From NCBI RefSeq assembly GCF_000143415.4, contig NW_003314348.1, positions 288,085 through 352,084 on the forward strand: a DNA stretch of 64,000 nt, in the 5' to 3' direction. Shown in pieces: positions 48,814-61,920 of this stretch. The notes beneath the pieces are model-generated. The model saw only the letters and a program-made list of their open reading frames with translations. It searched no databases and was not told the origin of the DNA. The DNA comes from Selaginella moellendorffii (lineage: Eukaryota > Plantae > Lycopodiophyta). Numbering within the stretch: the stretch's first letter is position 1; every line of letters starts with the position of its first letter. The position numbers and the translations under genes were made by a program.

Positions 48814-50033
48814 TCAAACTTTAGCACCATGGTCGAGCTTAACATAGTCCAAGCTCCTTTTGCCATCAAGCCCCTTGGCGTAGAACTGGGTCAAATAGTC
48901 TTTGATGACGCATTCCCTGTAGAGAGGAGGATTTTTTTCGCTTACCATCTCTGGCAGGGGGCCGACCACTGTGTCCAGTCCAGGCCCAAAAAACGCAACC
49001 ACGGACAATCGCGACTTCTCAGGATGTGCTCGAACTCGGTGCTCGGCGCTCTTGTATTTTGCATTCGTGATTATCTGGAAACTTCGATCCTTAACAATGG
49101 TATTGGGAAAAAAAGAAGGAAATTTACCTGTAACTGATCAGCAATGTTGACGACGAAGGCATCTTTCACTGGCTTTACCGCAAACCATTGACCATGTTTG
49201 CAAACTTCCAGTCCCCCAACGTCGTCTTGGATGAGGATGCTGATAGCACGGGGGTCCGAGTGAGCCGACAGGCCCTTGACAAGCTCCGGTGTGTGGTATG
49301 GAAGGTAGTAGTTCATGATGCATATGATCTTCTCGCCCATTACCTTAAGATCGTAACTATTCTCCAAGCCAAGGCCCTTGGAAATATTATCGAGCAAGCA
49401 GTGTCCAAAGGCTGAGACCTGGTCATGGTACTTTTTCATCACTTCCCTGTTGCATCAATTTTGATTCAAGGACTCTTAGGCAAGAAAAAACTTTACCTGA
49501 AGCAACTCGGTGACTCTGGCCAAATGTCCTCCTGTCGAGCAAGACTATAGTCCAGCCTGAGGAAATACTTTAAGTCGATTGCTTTCTCGTCTTTCCTGTT
49601 GTTAAATCCAGAGCCATATCTATTGAAATGCCATAAGATTCTTGTTAGTTTTTATCTTTTATCTTTCTCTACCTGTATGCTTCAGATGGATCATCACTGA
49701 GTTTATTCCCCAATGAATTATAGGCTTCATTCTCCTCTGATGTCTGATTGAAAATTTCTTTGGCTAGTTTGAGGACATTTTTCATACTAGCAATTGGAAC
49801 GCCATGATTTATTGCCTAGACAGGAGGGACAATTGAAAGAGATAAAATGAAGAACCTTTCCCTACCTGGAAAAAACCCCATTCTTGGCAAGCCCAAGCTA
49901 TAGCATCTACTATATACTTGGGATCACCAGAGAAATCAATTATTGGAACTTGAGAATCATCAAGAACTTCTGCCTCTTGAAACCTATTGTTCAGATCTTG
50001 GAGATAATTCTCTTCTGGTGCAACTCTACCCAT
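48814..50033 (-). pseudogene. 2-oxoglutarate/Fe(II)-dependent dioxygenase (DOXC class), 5 exons, apparent frameshift in exon 2
   Basis: VPIIDFS...ACQEWGFFQ|AINHGVP, NYY, AHSD (HxD), VVNIADQLQ|IITN.KYKSAEHRV and RLS motifs. GT-AG introns of ~50-55 nt. The frame breaks near 49731. Confidence 0.8.
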
Positions 50034-50271
50034 ATCCAAAGTGAAATAATCTGTATGTGCGAGTGTTATGGGAAGGAAGACAACCAATCAATTGTTAGTT
50101 GCTGAACTTTTTGGGCCGCCGGATCCAGCCAATCACAGCCGTTCGATGGGGGGTAACTGTTAAAGGGTTTATATCCAAATTTCATTCTATGATCATATAT
50201 GTTATAAAGACCTTAAGTTTAAAACTCTTTAACAAACCAAATTAGGGTTGAGACTAAGGGTTAGTAGCTTT

Positions 50272-50850
50272 GGGTGGGAGTAGGCATAGACTTGAGGAGT
50301 GCTAAAGAGGCTTCTCAAGAAAATGTTTAAAAATAATTCTCACTCCTAAAAGGGAAATTGACTATATTGTTCATAGCTCAAATGGAATGGAATACTGAAA
50401 CTATTGAACTAGAAATTGACTATATTGTTCATAGCTCAAATGGAATACTTAAACTATTTAAATACCATAACGCTCATTAGTCCTCATCCTTTCCTAGGGG
50501 TTTGGGCCTTTCTTTTGGGATGGAAGTGGGGAGTTGAGGTAATATTAAGCTACTTAGCCACAATGTTTACCCTTAAGGTCTTGAATTAATAAATGCACCT
50601 AAGGCTTGGGATTTAGAGGGTATAAATCTTGCTATATTATAGGATATTAAGAACTTAAAGGCTTGGTGTGCTTAATTGCTTATACTTGTAGAAAGAGTAG
50701 TCAAACCTTAACTCCAATCTAACCCAAGGAGGGGGATTACAAGAAAGTTTAAGAATTCATAAAGAGTTGGCACATTTCTCATGCAATAAATAGTTAAACT
50801 TAGGTGGGACTAAGCCAGAGCTAATATAATAGGCATGAACTTTGGTAAAG
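50272..50850 (+). mobile_element. Highly decayed LTR fragment related to family E
   Basis: Blocks such as GGGATGGAAGTGGG, AAGGCTTGGGATTTAGAGGGT, GGCTTGGTGTGCTT and TCTAACCC...GGAGGGGGATT are colinear with 26640-27175. Confidence 0.75.
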
Positions 50851-51771
50851 AACAATATAGACCATATATTTAAAATACTAATATATTCCCAAAGCGAGAA
50901 AAGAAGAATTAGTAAATAAATATTATTGATAAAGATAATATATGCAAAGTACTACTTGGGAATATAAATATATTTAGAGTACTAAAATTTATTAAAACTT
51001 AATACCCAACCTAAAGAAAAGTTAAACAAAACTTGCCAAGAATAAATTTCTTATAGTTATGAGAATATAAATAAATTTAGTACACTCCCAAACAAAAAAA
51101 GGAAATGAAGAATTACTAACAAAGAATTTTCTTAATTAGATGTTATATGTAAATTATGTTTTTACTTGGGATACAAACAAATTTAAAATCCAAAAATGGT
51201 AAGAAAACTAATATATTACTACCCAGATTCAAACAAAAGTAAAGAAGAATTACTAAGATTAATTATTATTATTTTAGGGAAGATAACTAAGATTTTAAGA
51301 AAATTAGACCCCACAAAGGATTGCTCATTGAAAAAAAATAGCACTATTGAAAATCTAATGTCTAACCTAGAATGTCATTAAAGAGATAGAAGAATCCCCA
51401 TTGAGAATTGAGGGAGTGGCCTTACTCAATAGAGTGGAATTAGAATCACTAGCTACTGCTGCCATTAGAGCTTGCATGAAGCAATTGACTAACTTTGGGT
51501 TAATTACAGATGTTGGCCCAAAGAACTGCTTAATTTTTGCCATGTCATTGAGCACATGCAAAACTTACAATAGTTTTTTTTTTTTTTTCTCGACAGACAA
51601 TAGGGACAGTCACCTTGCATGCAACACATGTCACAGCACCTTCCTCTCCTACCCCACGCAGTTTGGCTGCCTCCCATTAACCAGGAGCAAACATAAATAA
51701 ATAAATAAATATATCAAACTTAATTTTATACTTGATCTTAAACTTAGTCTCATCCAATGAACTATTTATTT

Positions 51772-51847
51772 TTGCTCAGTAAGGGTTATTAGTTAATAGT
51801 CAATGAGGATATTAACATCTCTAAAAGGAGTGTAACACATGATCATC
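51772..51847 (+). mobile_element. Decayed fragment of the TRIM D family (pre-PPT region and LTR start)
   Basis: GCTCAGTAAGGGTTATTAGTTAATAGTCAATGAGGATATTAACATCTCT...TGTAACACAT matches the reverse complement of ~18210-18292. Confidence 0.7.
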
Positions 51848-52639
51848 TTTATAAATATACTAAACCATTAGGAGTACTACTAATGTTGTCAACATCATCT
51901 TTTGTTTAGTTTGAGGATTGTGAGTGCACATTTATGGATCTTAAAGAGGTTTGATGACTCCTCCAATTTTAATATCTCTTGACTACACTCAAGCTTTCAT
52001 TTTTCACATGGATGTTTTTTATATTAATCTTGGGGATGTATTGATACAATAAAGCACAAGTGTATTTGGTTAGCATCACCTTATTACGTATATCAGCCGT
52101 ATGTTGTAACTAGTAGAGGTGAACTATTTCATAATTTAGGAGGGTTCAACAACAATTTAGAGTTTTGAGAAGCTTCATACATATTTGCATAGTTCTTGGA
52201 CATTATTAAAAGGTGATCATGTTGTGGTTACTTTATTATTAAAGCAATAGAATCATACTATTTGGTAAGCTTTGAATTTCTAAATATATAATTTCAAAGT
52301 TATTATTGCTTAAGGAGTTATATAGCTAATACTAACACCCTTTTTTGTGCTTCTCTCCTTTCTTCACTCTCTTCTTTTATTCCTAATGAGCCTATTGTTC
52401 TAGCATTAATAGATTTTTTGAAAAAGAATTCTATACTATCAGTAATTATTGTACTTAATGTTTAATTTTCATAAAATATGGAGTAAATTTTACCTTCTCT
52501 TGACAAGGTTTGTAAGGTTTGTAAAGTTGAGTTATATATTTGAAGTCTTTGTGATGAGTTTATAAAACCTACATCACTTGCTCATGATTTATTGTTATAG
52601 CATTTATATTCTCAATATCACTTTGAGGACAACTTTCTT

Positions 52640-53000
52640 TATTTTGTGAAGATTGATCCTAATAATTTATTATGGTTTGTGGTGCTTGTTTAGCATGGAT
52701 TCTTTCAGATAATAGTCTTGCATTTATAGTTGAGACATTTCATAATTTGATATCTCGGTTAGGGATATACTATACTTTCATGAGTGTTTATCATCTAGAA
52801 ATAGATGGTTTGGTTAAATAGTTAATTGAAACCTTCAAAAAAATAATTGAAAGGATAATTATGAAGTATGTGAAATTTTAACATTTGGATTGAGATGGTT
52901 ATTTATTATCTCTTCAATATGTATAAGTTATAGGGGTATAAAGTTTCATTAGTGCTTCAACATATAAACTTTTATATGGTCATAATACTATATTGTCAAC
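52640..53000 (+). pseudogene. Ancient LTR-retrotransposon integrase relic
   Basis: Translates to ETFHNLISRLGIYYTFMSVYHLEIDGLVK*LIETFK, resembling the integrase core LGI...TS.YHPQTDG.VER. Lies in a very AT-rich context. Confidence 0.6.
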
Positions 53001-54139
53001 TAAGTTGAGTCTATTTTTAAGATTGCCATGATCTACTGATGTTAGGTTTTATAATGATGTGAGGGCACTCATAATTAGTATTTGATAAGTGTTAGTTTAT
53101 TAGTTTGAATAGAATCTATTAAACACTTAAGCCATGTACAAGTGGGACAATAGTAGAGATACAACTCTTATCATTATCCACCTACAAATTAATTTATTTT
53201 CTTAATCATATGATATATAATTTATCTAAAAGGCTCCTTGCTCAATAGAATGGGATTATATCAAGTATGATGGCAAATTGAATTGTAAGTTTATGAAGTT
53301 TGGCATGATATACCAATCCTCCAGAAATTGTTTATATGCAATTGAATCACTTAGATCATAACTAATTAGCATTGCTTATAGATCCTTTGATGCTTCCTCA
53401 TGATATTCCTTCAAATACCAGTCGATTAACTAGATAACTTTAATTGCCTTCTATTCTTTTGAGAGAAGTATGGCTATATACATTTAATTGTGTAGTGAGA
53501 TTTTAGTAGTCATTAGATTGGTTTCAATCTAAACTACTCTCATAAAGGTAGTTAAAAATATTTTTATTATTAAATGATTAAGTTTTAAATAAATATTTAT
53601 AAAAAATGAAAATATACCCTATATTATATTTATTTTATAGATGATATATTTAGACCTTGTAGCACATAAAAATACTCCAAAAGTACTTCTTCTTCATTTC
53701 ATTTGGCTCACTTCATTGCTCTTGTTTTTGACCCCAGGGCAATTGAGCCATGCTACTGCAGCCATGGCACAAGCCCTTTGCAGCCTTCTTGCCATGGATG
53801 GCACAGCTACTGGATCACGCATGTTGGAGCCTTTTCTACCCCACGGCCCCATAACCTTCATAAACAGTTATCTATCTATTTATCTGGCACTTTGGCTTCT
53901 GTTTTGTGAGCCACCCACAAATGGTTGGCCTTGGCTTGTGATATTTGAGATTGCTCAATGTTAAAAACAATTTAAAAAAGATGACTGTGCACAAAGCTCT
54001 AGACGTTGGGCCTCTTATATAGTTAGCTAAATCCCTTAATTTAACGTATTATATTTTTGAAAAAAGTTCTATTTAATGCAACTTTTAGACATTGCTTTTA
54101 TGGTTTATAAATCCTTTACTGTTAGCTTTAAACCTCTTC

Positions 54140-55774
54140 CTATATGCTTCGATTCTGTAGCTGCAAAAGCCTGTAGGCCCTGCTCGCAGCGTAATTTCCC
54201 AGCTTGAGCTCCTGTTGTAGCTTGCAAGCACCAGCCAAAGTGCTCCATGCAACATCGTTGGGAAAGAATGGCATGTTGTTGATCAGTTCATCGGCCTGAC
54301 TGAGCTCCCCCGACCTCGCAAGTATGTCCACCATGCAAGCATAATGCTCCGCCGCGGGAGTCAATCCAAACTGCGATACCATGCTTGTGAAGCACCACCA
54401 GCTGATCTTTACAAGCCCCGCATGGCTGCACGCGATGATTACGCCCAGAAATGATACCTGGTTCGCCTTGAATCCTTGCACGACCATATCCAGCAGCAAC
54501 TCCACACACTCGTGGACGCATCCAATGCGCGCAAACGCTGCGATGAGCGAGTTCCACGACAGCAAATCTCTGCCAGGCATCCTCTCGAACACCCGCTTGG
54601 AGGAGCTCGGCTGGCCGTTCAAAGCATACATGGCCAGCACGGAGTTCCACGACGCCACCTGAGAGTGCGGCATTTGCGTGAGGATCCTCACGGCGTCCTC
54701 GACGTAGCCGCTCTGGCCAAAGACCACAATTATCGAGTTCCACGACACGGAGCTTCGCGCGGGCATCGTGTCGAAAGTCAACTTCGCCTCCTCGACCCGG
54801 CACTGCTGACCATATATTCGAATGAGCACCGTCCATGAGACGACGTCCTTCTCGGGCATGGCATCAAAGATTCTCTTGGCCTGGCGGAGATGCCCGTTTT
54901 GGGCGTAAGCAGCAATCAAGGTGTTCCATGACACGGCATTCCACTCGGGCATCCTGTCGAAAGTCCGCTGTGCTTGCTGCAAGTAGCCGGACTGCCCGTA
55001 TGCGTCCACCATGGCTGTCCAGGAAATGATGTTCCTCTCGGGCATCCCCGCAAAGAGCCTCTTGGCCGCCTCCAGCTCGCCATTCAAGACGTAAGCCTGA
55101 AAGAGAGCGTTCCACGACGCGGTGTTGTGCTCCGGCATCCTGTGGAACAAGCGCTCGGCCTGGCGGAGCTCCGAGTTCTCGCCATATCCCGAGATCATGG
55201 AATTCCACGAGACCAAGCTCAAGAAAGGCATCTTGACAAACAGCCCCACAGCTTCATTTAAATGCCCGTTTTGGGCAAATGCTGCAACCATAGCGGACCA
55301 TGCTACAAGATTTCTCTCCGGCATTTCGTCGAAAACCATCTTTGCTTCTATCAAATAGTTGCTTTGTGCAAAAGCTACAAGCATGCTCGTCCACGACACG
55401 ACGTTTCTCTCGGGCATGGCTTGGAAGAGTTTTCTCGCTTCCTCGACATGCCCGTTCCGGGCATATGCTTGGATCATGATGCTCCAGCTGAAAACGTTGG
55501 GGTCCCGGATGCTGGCAAAGATCCTCTGGGCCTCCTCGACGCTTCCGCAGTCGCCATACATCTGGACAAGGATATTTGCCACGAATCTATCGTCCCGGAA
55601 CTCGCTGTCCAGAATGCGCGAGTGGAGAAGCCTTGCCTGCGTTAGATCACCCACCTCGCGCACCAGACGCTCGATCAAATCGCGACGCTCCTGCCGCCGC
55701 TGCTGGATTTGGGTTCCCAGTCGCTCTCGCGGCTCCGATCCGTGTCGACACAGCGGATCGGCGCAAAGATTCAT
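54140..55774 (-). CDS. PLS-class pentatricopeptide repeat protein with partial E domain
   Basis: Intronless ORF with ~31-aa repeats (F..MPERNVVSW..M...YAQNG), then FLGVIIACSHAG, EHYACMVDILARSG and MPFFPNDVAWSTLAGAC. No DYW domain. First ATG at 55774. Confidence 0.93.
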   Translation of the reverse strand: MNLCADPLCRHGSEPRERLGTQIQQRRQERRDLIERLVREVGDLTQARLLHSRILDSEFRDDRFVANILVQMYGDCGSVEEAQRIFASIRDPNVFSWSIMIQAYARNGHVEEARKLFQAMPERNVVSWTSMLVAFAQSNYLIEAKMVFDEMPERNLVAWSAMVAAFAQNGHLNEAVGLFVKMPFLSLVSWNSMISGYGENSELRQAERLFHRMPEHNTASWNALFQAYVLNGELEAAKRLFAGMPERNIISWTAMVDAYGQSGYLQQAQRTFDRMPEWNAVSWNTLIAAYAQNGHLRQAKRIFDAMPEKDVVSWTVLIRIYGQQCRVEEAKLTFDTMPARSSVSWNSIIVVFGQSGYVEDAVRILTQMPHSQVASWNSVLAMYALNGQPSSSKRVFERMPGRDLLSWNSLIAAFARIGCVHECVELLLDMVVQGFKANQVSFLGVIIACSHAGLVKISWWCFTSMVSQFGLTPAAEHYACMVDILARSGELSQADELINNMPFFPNDVAWSTLAGACKLQQELKLGNYAASRAYRLLQLQNRSI

Positions 55775-56863
55775 TCCATACAAGTTTTTCTTCTTTTGTG
55801 ATTTGGCAAAACTACCAGTGTCTGCAAGTTTTCAAGAGGACCACTTCATTCTCTTTCGAATATTACAACAAACAATGATCTTAGGTGATTCTCTACTTGA
55901 TTATTGGAAAACCAAAGCATCATCCTTCTCTCTTTTTCTCTCTCTTTTTTCTTTCATAGAAGAAACCATTTTCACGAAGGAAAATGGGGATCATGCATTG
56001 CCGCTAGATAAACCCAAAGGATCGAATCATTGTCAACGGGAGCGAGCTAAAGAAAGAACTCATCCACTTTGCGTGGCAAACTTATTTGCTTTCTTTTTTT
56101 TCGTGCTCCCGTTTCTCGAAACAGTACGGAGATTCGAATGGAAGAATCAAAAGTTGACTCTTGCGAGTGAGGGCGCTTAACAATAATTTGATTGCGGTTT
56201 GCTTAATTCCGGGACTTGCATTTTAAATCCTCGCAAAAGACACACATCCCATCTCATTTGTACACGGTACAACAAAAACACACACCCAAACACACTCTCT
56301 CTCTCGTAGTTCCCCTTACATTCTTTTAGCGCTTTAGTTCTCTTCTCTGGGGTGATCTTTGTCTTGCGGCTTGCCCTTCCAAAAATCGCAAGCTTGCGCG
56401 CCCACTTCGATGATCCAGCAGTACGCAAGCGCTGGCTCTAGAAGCTCGTCAGCAGCAGCAGCGCGCTTTGCCGGGGATGATCCTCTTCTTCCTAGTGATC
56501 ATGCGGCTTCCTTTGGATGAGATCCATGTCACAGCTTTCTCGATCACGATCCCACCACTACTTGCTCCCCACAGATCCCAAGATATGAGCAGGAAGAACA
56601 CCACCACCGCCACCACTGCCGTGCTACAATCGAGTTCGAGGGGCGACAAAGTTTCCTCTTCTATCCGAAAGTCTCGGTTTTGATCCACTCGTCGATCCAT
56701 CCATGGCTTTGTGTATCAGTCACCTCCAGTCCAGAGCAGTACTGAGTGATACTTCGATTTGATATCACTTACACATCTTGGGAGTGATCTTGATCCATAG
56801 GAGAGGAAAGGAAGTAAACAAGCGAGAAGGGGGAACGGTCGACTATCAAATTACTCCCCCGGA

Positions 56864-58281
56864 ATGATGCAGCAGCTCGATCAAAAGGACAAAGCCGTGG
56901 CTCGCGAGGAACACTGTGCCAAGAGCCACTCGCAAGCAAACAACAGCTCCAGCAATACGGAGGAGGAACAGGCACACAAGAGCATGAGCGTCAGCTCGCC
57001 CGAGAGCTCCTCGGCGGGGACGAATTCAGGCAAGAGCTGCGACAGCAGCAGCCGCAAGAACAGCAGCAGCAGCGCCGCCACCGCGGGCGGCGTCCGGCAG
57101 TACGTGCGATCCAAAATGCCGCGCCTCCGATGGACGCCGGACCTCCACCACTGCTTCGTCAATGCCGTGGAGCGGCTGGGCGGCCAGGACAGTGAGTATC
57201 TTGTTCGCGCTTGTTTGATCTTCTCATGGATCATCAAACGGGTTTTTATATCATAGTACCATCTTCTTTCCTTTCAAGATCTTGATCACTTTTGCTTCGT
57301 TTGTGTTGCTCAGGAGCCACTCCCAAGCTGGTTCTACAGCTCATGGATGTCAAAGGATTGACAATTGCGCATGTCAAGAGCCATTTGCAGGTTCCACTTC
57401 TTTTCCTGCATTCGTTTATTTTGGGAAAAACTGCAATTTGGTTTCAACTTCGCAGATGTATCGGAGCATGAAGAATGATGAGAATCACGGCCAAGGTCAG
57501 TGCAAAACTTATTTTGTCAGTCAGACGCATTCCCCGATCCAAAGTAAAAAAGCTTTGTGGTTTTCGCTCGTTTTTTCGTATTCTTTTTTCTGTAGCGAGT
57601 TCCGAGGCAGGCCAGGATCATCTGGCGTTGATTGACGATCGGAGCTCCCTCGTCGGCACCGCCTTTGCATCTTCTCTACAGCAACACCTTGATCTTGGAC
57701 ACCATCACCCACACGAAAGCTTTGCAGCCTTCCAGCAACAGGAACAGCAGCAGCAGCACTTCTTCTGCCGTCCTGTGCTTCAGCCACTCGCCAGGTATTT
57801 CAATCTCACTGGGATATCACCCAAGTCTGACGAGTGATTTCCTGCTTTGCTCATCCGTGGAACCGTGCCTCTCGATCCAATCCTGAAGGCACCACCACCA
57901 CCAACACCAGCAGGAGCATGGGTTTATGGTGGAGAGCTCGAGCTCGTCGGGCCTGCGAAGCCACAGGAGCCTGCCAAACGATCTCGTCCACCTCAACGAC
58001 TACTGGCTGAATTTGCAGACGCACAAGCAGATCAGCCCCGGGAGCAGCAGCAGCAATTACAGCAGCCGATCCGAGTGGACTCAGAATCATCTCATGCAGA
58101 TCGATCACCACCACCACCACCACCGAGCTGCGCAGCAGGCAGCGATTAACAACAACAGCAACGTAATTGACAACAACATCAACAACAGGCATCGAGTTTT
58201 CGAGGAGCTGAGGAAGCAGAGACTTGTTCTCGACTCCTCCTCGCACAGCACCCACGCAACGATGCAACTCCTGGTCAGTAC

Positions 58282-58340
<59 letters not shown>

Positions 58341-58627
58341 TCCGTGTGATTGGTTTTCATCGTTTCTCTTTTTGGAAACAGGACCGGATGAACAATCGAA
58401 GATCAAGCCCCGACTCTACTGACGATGACGACGATGATGATGGCAGTAACTTATCACTGTCACTAACAAGTTCCCCCGCTGGCATGAAGAACAAGGCAAA
58501 GCGGCGAAACGGGAAATACATTCGCAGGGGCAGCAGCAGCACTAGTAGCGGGCAGCCGGATCAAAATCGCGGGGAGCCGGTCATAAGATTGGATCTCACG
58601 CTCTCCATCGCCCACAAATCACCGTGA
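56864..58627 (+). CDS. GARP/G2-like (SHAQKYF-class) MYB transcription factor with EAR-like motifs
   Basis: Exons 56864-57191, 57314-57390, 57456-57495, 57596-57794, 57889-58273 and 58382-58627 splice in frame to VRQYVRSKMPRLRWTPDLH...[30 protein letters not shown]. C-terminal LSLSL and LDLTL motifs. Confidence 0.92.
58288..58339. repeat. (CT)n(CA)n compound microsatellite in the last intron of the GARP gene
   Basis: Directly visible. Confidence 0.95.
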
Positions 58628-61600
58628 TCAATCAATCAATCAACAGCAAACTCAACTAAAGTTGGAAGCTAACTCGAACTGAATATTTTGCTAATCTACT
58701 ATGCATGAACCTAGTCACCTATTCCTTTTTCTTTCGAGCGTGAGAGATGCCAGACACAATTCTCCTGCGCGTGTTCGTCGCTGATCCATTCAAAACTTCC
58801 TGAGTGAAACTTACGAACTCTGCGCCACGGCTGAGCAATAGCTTTCTTTGATTTGACAAAGCAAAGCTCTGGATCCACAGCAAGGAACTGCTTGAAAAGT
58901 CTGTTTTGTTTAAATGGAAGCGAACCATTGAAATGGAGATCGTAGCTCCCCCCATGGCTGTCGTCACCACCTTCGTACTGCAACACTCCACAGTTGTTGT
59001 ACAGTTGGCTCCTCTTCTCCGTTAGAGCTTACGTTACGAACACTCGAGCAGTCGGTCAAACTACACAAAGAAAAATAGAAAGAAAATGAGAAACCACGGA
59101 ATGTAAAGCAACTAGAAATGGAAGGATTAAGAAACTCTAGCGTGATTTTAATCGGCTCTGGCTGGACTGCACATATAACTTCACAATTGTTTATATGCGG
59201 CTGCAGGAGCGAGCAGACGCGAAGCGTTACCTAAGCCTCCTCCGGTGATTATCTCTAAAAAGTTCTCATATCACAGGAGATTAATCGAAGAAAAAGAGGG
59301 AGACGATTGTCTATCATGCCATCATTTGCATGCTGCAGCTCCGGACATGGTCCTCAAGAGCAAACAAACAAAGTATTTCTGCTGGCTAGCTGTACTTGGC
59401 TTGTGGACTTTTCATCCATGCGAGAAAAGAAAGAGAAAAAGAAGAAGAATCCTGCCGTGAACTCTCTTCATTCCCCAGAATGTCACGGAGATGATTGATC
59501 GATCCATGCAACACTGCAGGGATTGATCGATCCATCTATCCGACTCCAACACAAGAGTGTGGGTGGTCAGGGAGAGTCAAGCAAGGCACTCGAGAGATCA
59601 CCATCCATCAATCTAATCTCTCTAAATCCAAAGTTAAGAAGCTCAAGCTTTCCAGCCGACCCAGAGGGGGCTTTAATGCTCTCTCGGACGCTTCTTTCCT
59701 GCCAAAAGATTTGTTTACGAACCCGGAGAGAAAAAAAAAGAGCGAACTTACGTTTTGGATGATAGCTAGTCAATATCCTTCACACTGTTGCAGAGCCTCA
59801 CGTTTGTTTCCTGGTCAATGTCCACAGAGAACTCTAAAGAAAAAATAAAAGAGAAAAACAGAAAACGGAATAAAAAATTCCTTAGCAGACCAGAAAATAG
59901 CATAGCCGACTGTGCACCTCTAGCTTCTACCAAGAACCAACCACGAATAAACTCTAAAATCAGAGCAAATGCGAGCTAGCTACAATCTATAGAGAGAACA
60001 CTATACTACACCAGGCAGTCAGCAGATTTCACCTTCCTGCAAGGAAGGAGGATGGAATCATTCATGAAGAACTTGAATGCCAACATTTATTCTGTGCTGT
60101 GCGCTTTGTCGTCACACAAGGTAGAGGACTTCCTTACACACAAGACTCACATACACACACACCCACACAGGAGAACTCATCAAAAAGAGTTTGACAAGAA
60201 ACCAGGAAGAAAAGATAAAGCAAAATCATGTCACATACCTTGGAACAACATAGATGTTCGGTTCGAGGCATTAATGTCGCTCCAAAGCAGCCTCGATCGA
60301 GTGTCACCCTCGACTGCAAAACGACATTCTCCATCTTAGCACATTTGTGGACGATGTAATAAAAACCATGAGCAAAAACAAACGGGCACACTCCAAACAG
60401 AGCAGTGCGCAACAACGAACGCAAAACATACCTCCTTCACCAAACTTTTCCCCTCTTTGCTCCCCAATGCACGTCTCTGTCCCAGAAGCAGGCGATGCTT
60501 CCACTTCACATCCATTCGAATCCGATCGCTTCAGCCTTTTATCTTTAAAAACCAAAAGGAGGAATTAATATAAAGCGAAAGAGAAAAGAGAAAAATAAAA
60601 AAAGTGGTAAAAGAAACTTCCTGGACGTGCGTCTAGGTTGGTGTCATTAAAATCTCTCCTCGTTGATTGCCTAGACGTGCTGCAGTAGCAGCTGCAAAAT
60701 TCTGGCCCTGCTTCTATACTTCTCCCCTGCACAGAAGCGATACAGAACGACACTAGTTTTTTCCTCCCGGCTCGACTCGACTCGAGAGTCATGTCTTAGA
60801 AAACAAACAGGGGTGCGTTACGAACCAGATATCCATAGCCTGCCCCGGCTGCCCGTTAGAACCTTAAATATGCCATGCTTGACATTCTATGTCTGCTGCA
60901 TTTGCTGCTGCGCATCAGGAAAACGATGGTCATACTCCACAGAGTCCACCCGAAACAAACAAAGCAAGAAACATATTAAATGACTGGAGGGGTGTGTGTA
61001 CTCGGCAATACTTACTTGTTCTTCGTCTTCTATTTCCAGGGTCTAGATTCTCCATTCACAATAGCATGTCAACGTTTGAGTGTTTGGCCACCACCACCAC
61101 GGACGTGCTTGATTGTTCTTTCTTTGTCTCGTAATTTCACTGCGAGGCATCGAAGGAATTAGGTAGGTAGATGGACTGATAAAAAAGAAGTCACCAGTCA
61201 AGCGTAAGCAAAGCTCCTAAATCAGAAAAGTAGCAAAGCGTACCCGCGCATATAACATTCCCTCTCGGTTATTCCTTGTTCCTTGCAGCAGCTACAAGTC
61301 CGGAAAAGAAAGGAAGAAAAAAAAAAGAGAACATCACCATCAGATCAAGCAAAGCGAGAAATATAAAGAGAAATTCCACTCACGAAACTTTATAAGCGCT
61401 TGCATGAGAGAATCAGTCGTTCTCCTCCACCATCTCTGAGATGGATGCTCAAAGGGTCATCCGATAGTTGCCTCTACCAAATCCAGAATATATTGCACCA
61501 AACCAAGGACACTCCCCGTGGATCGACAGATTGCAACCTTCAACAAGATCCAAAAGCCAAGCATTAGTAGGTGCCAAAACCAACAAAGAAATGTAAGAAG

Positions 61601-61920
61601 TATCAAAAGCTTCAGGCTCTCAACAAACAGCCCATACCCCGTAACTGCACCAGTCGATGTCAATCGCCTTGTTGCTTGCTTGCTTCCTTCCTTCCACCTT
61701 GAAAAAACCAAGTCCCCCGCAAGGACGAAAGAAGGAAACGGAGAAAACAAAGCAGAATTGAATGAAGCGAAGCTGCCAAAAACTTTGGAACCAAACCCGG
61801 TCGTTTTAAGTCGGATCATTGAAAACTCTGTTTGCTGATGATATACAGAAGAAAAAACGACTTTAGTCTGTTGTTCTCCCCCCCAATCACCCCGCTATCC
61901 CCTGTGTAAAGTGTCCCTTT

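Noticed and set aside
54288-56180. Antisense and alternative-frame ORFs over the PPR gene
   Set aside because: Shadow ORFs of a GC-rich repetitive coding sequence.
59464-59478. CTTCATTCCCC, matching the 3' half of miR166
   Set aside because: The 5' half of the miRNA is absent and I see no fold-back partner.
58700-61850. Short ORFs between the GARP gene and the membrane protein gene
   Set aside because: No recognisable domains or consistent exon chain. An unannotated transcript cannot be excluded, but the sequence alone does not support one.
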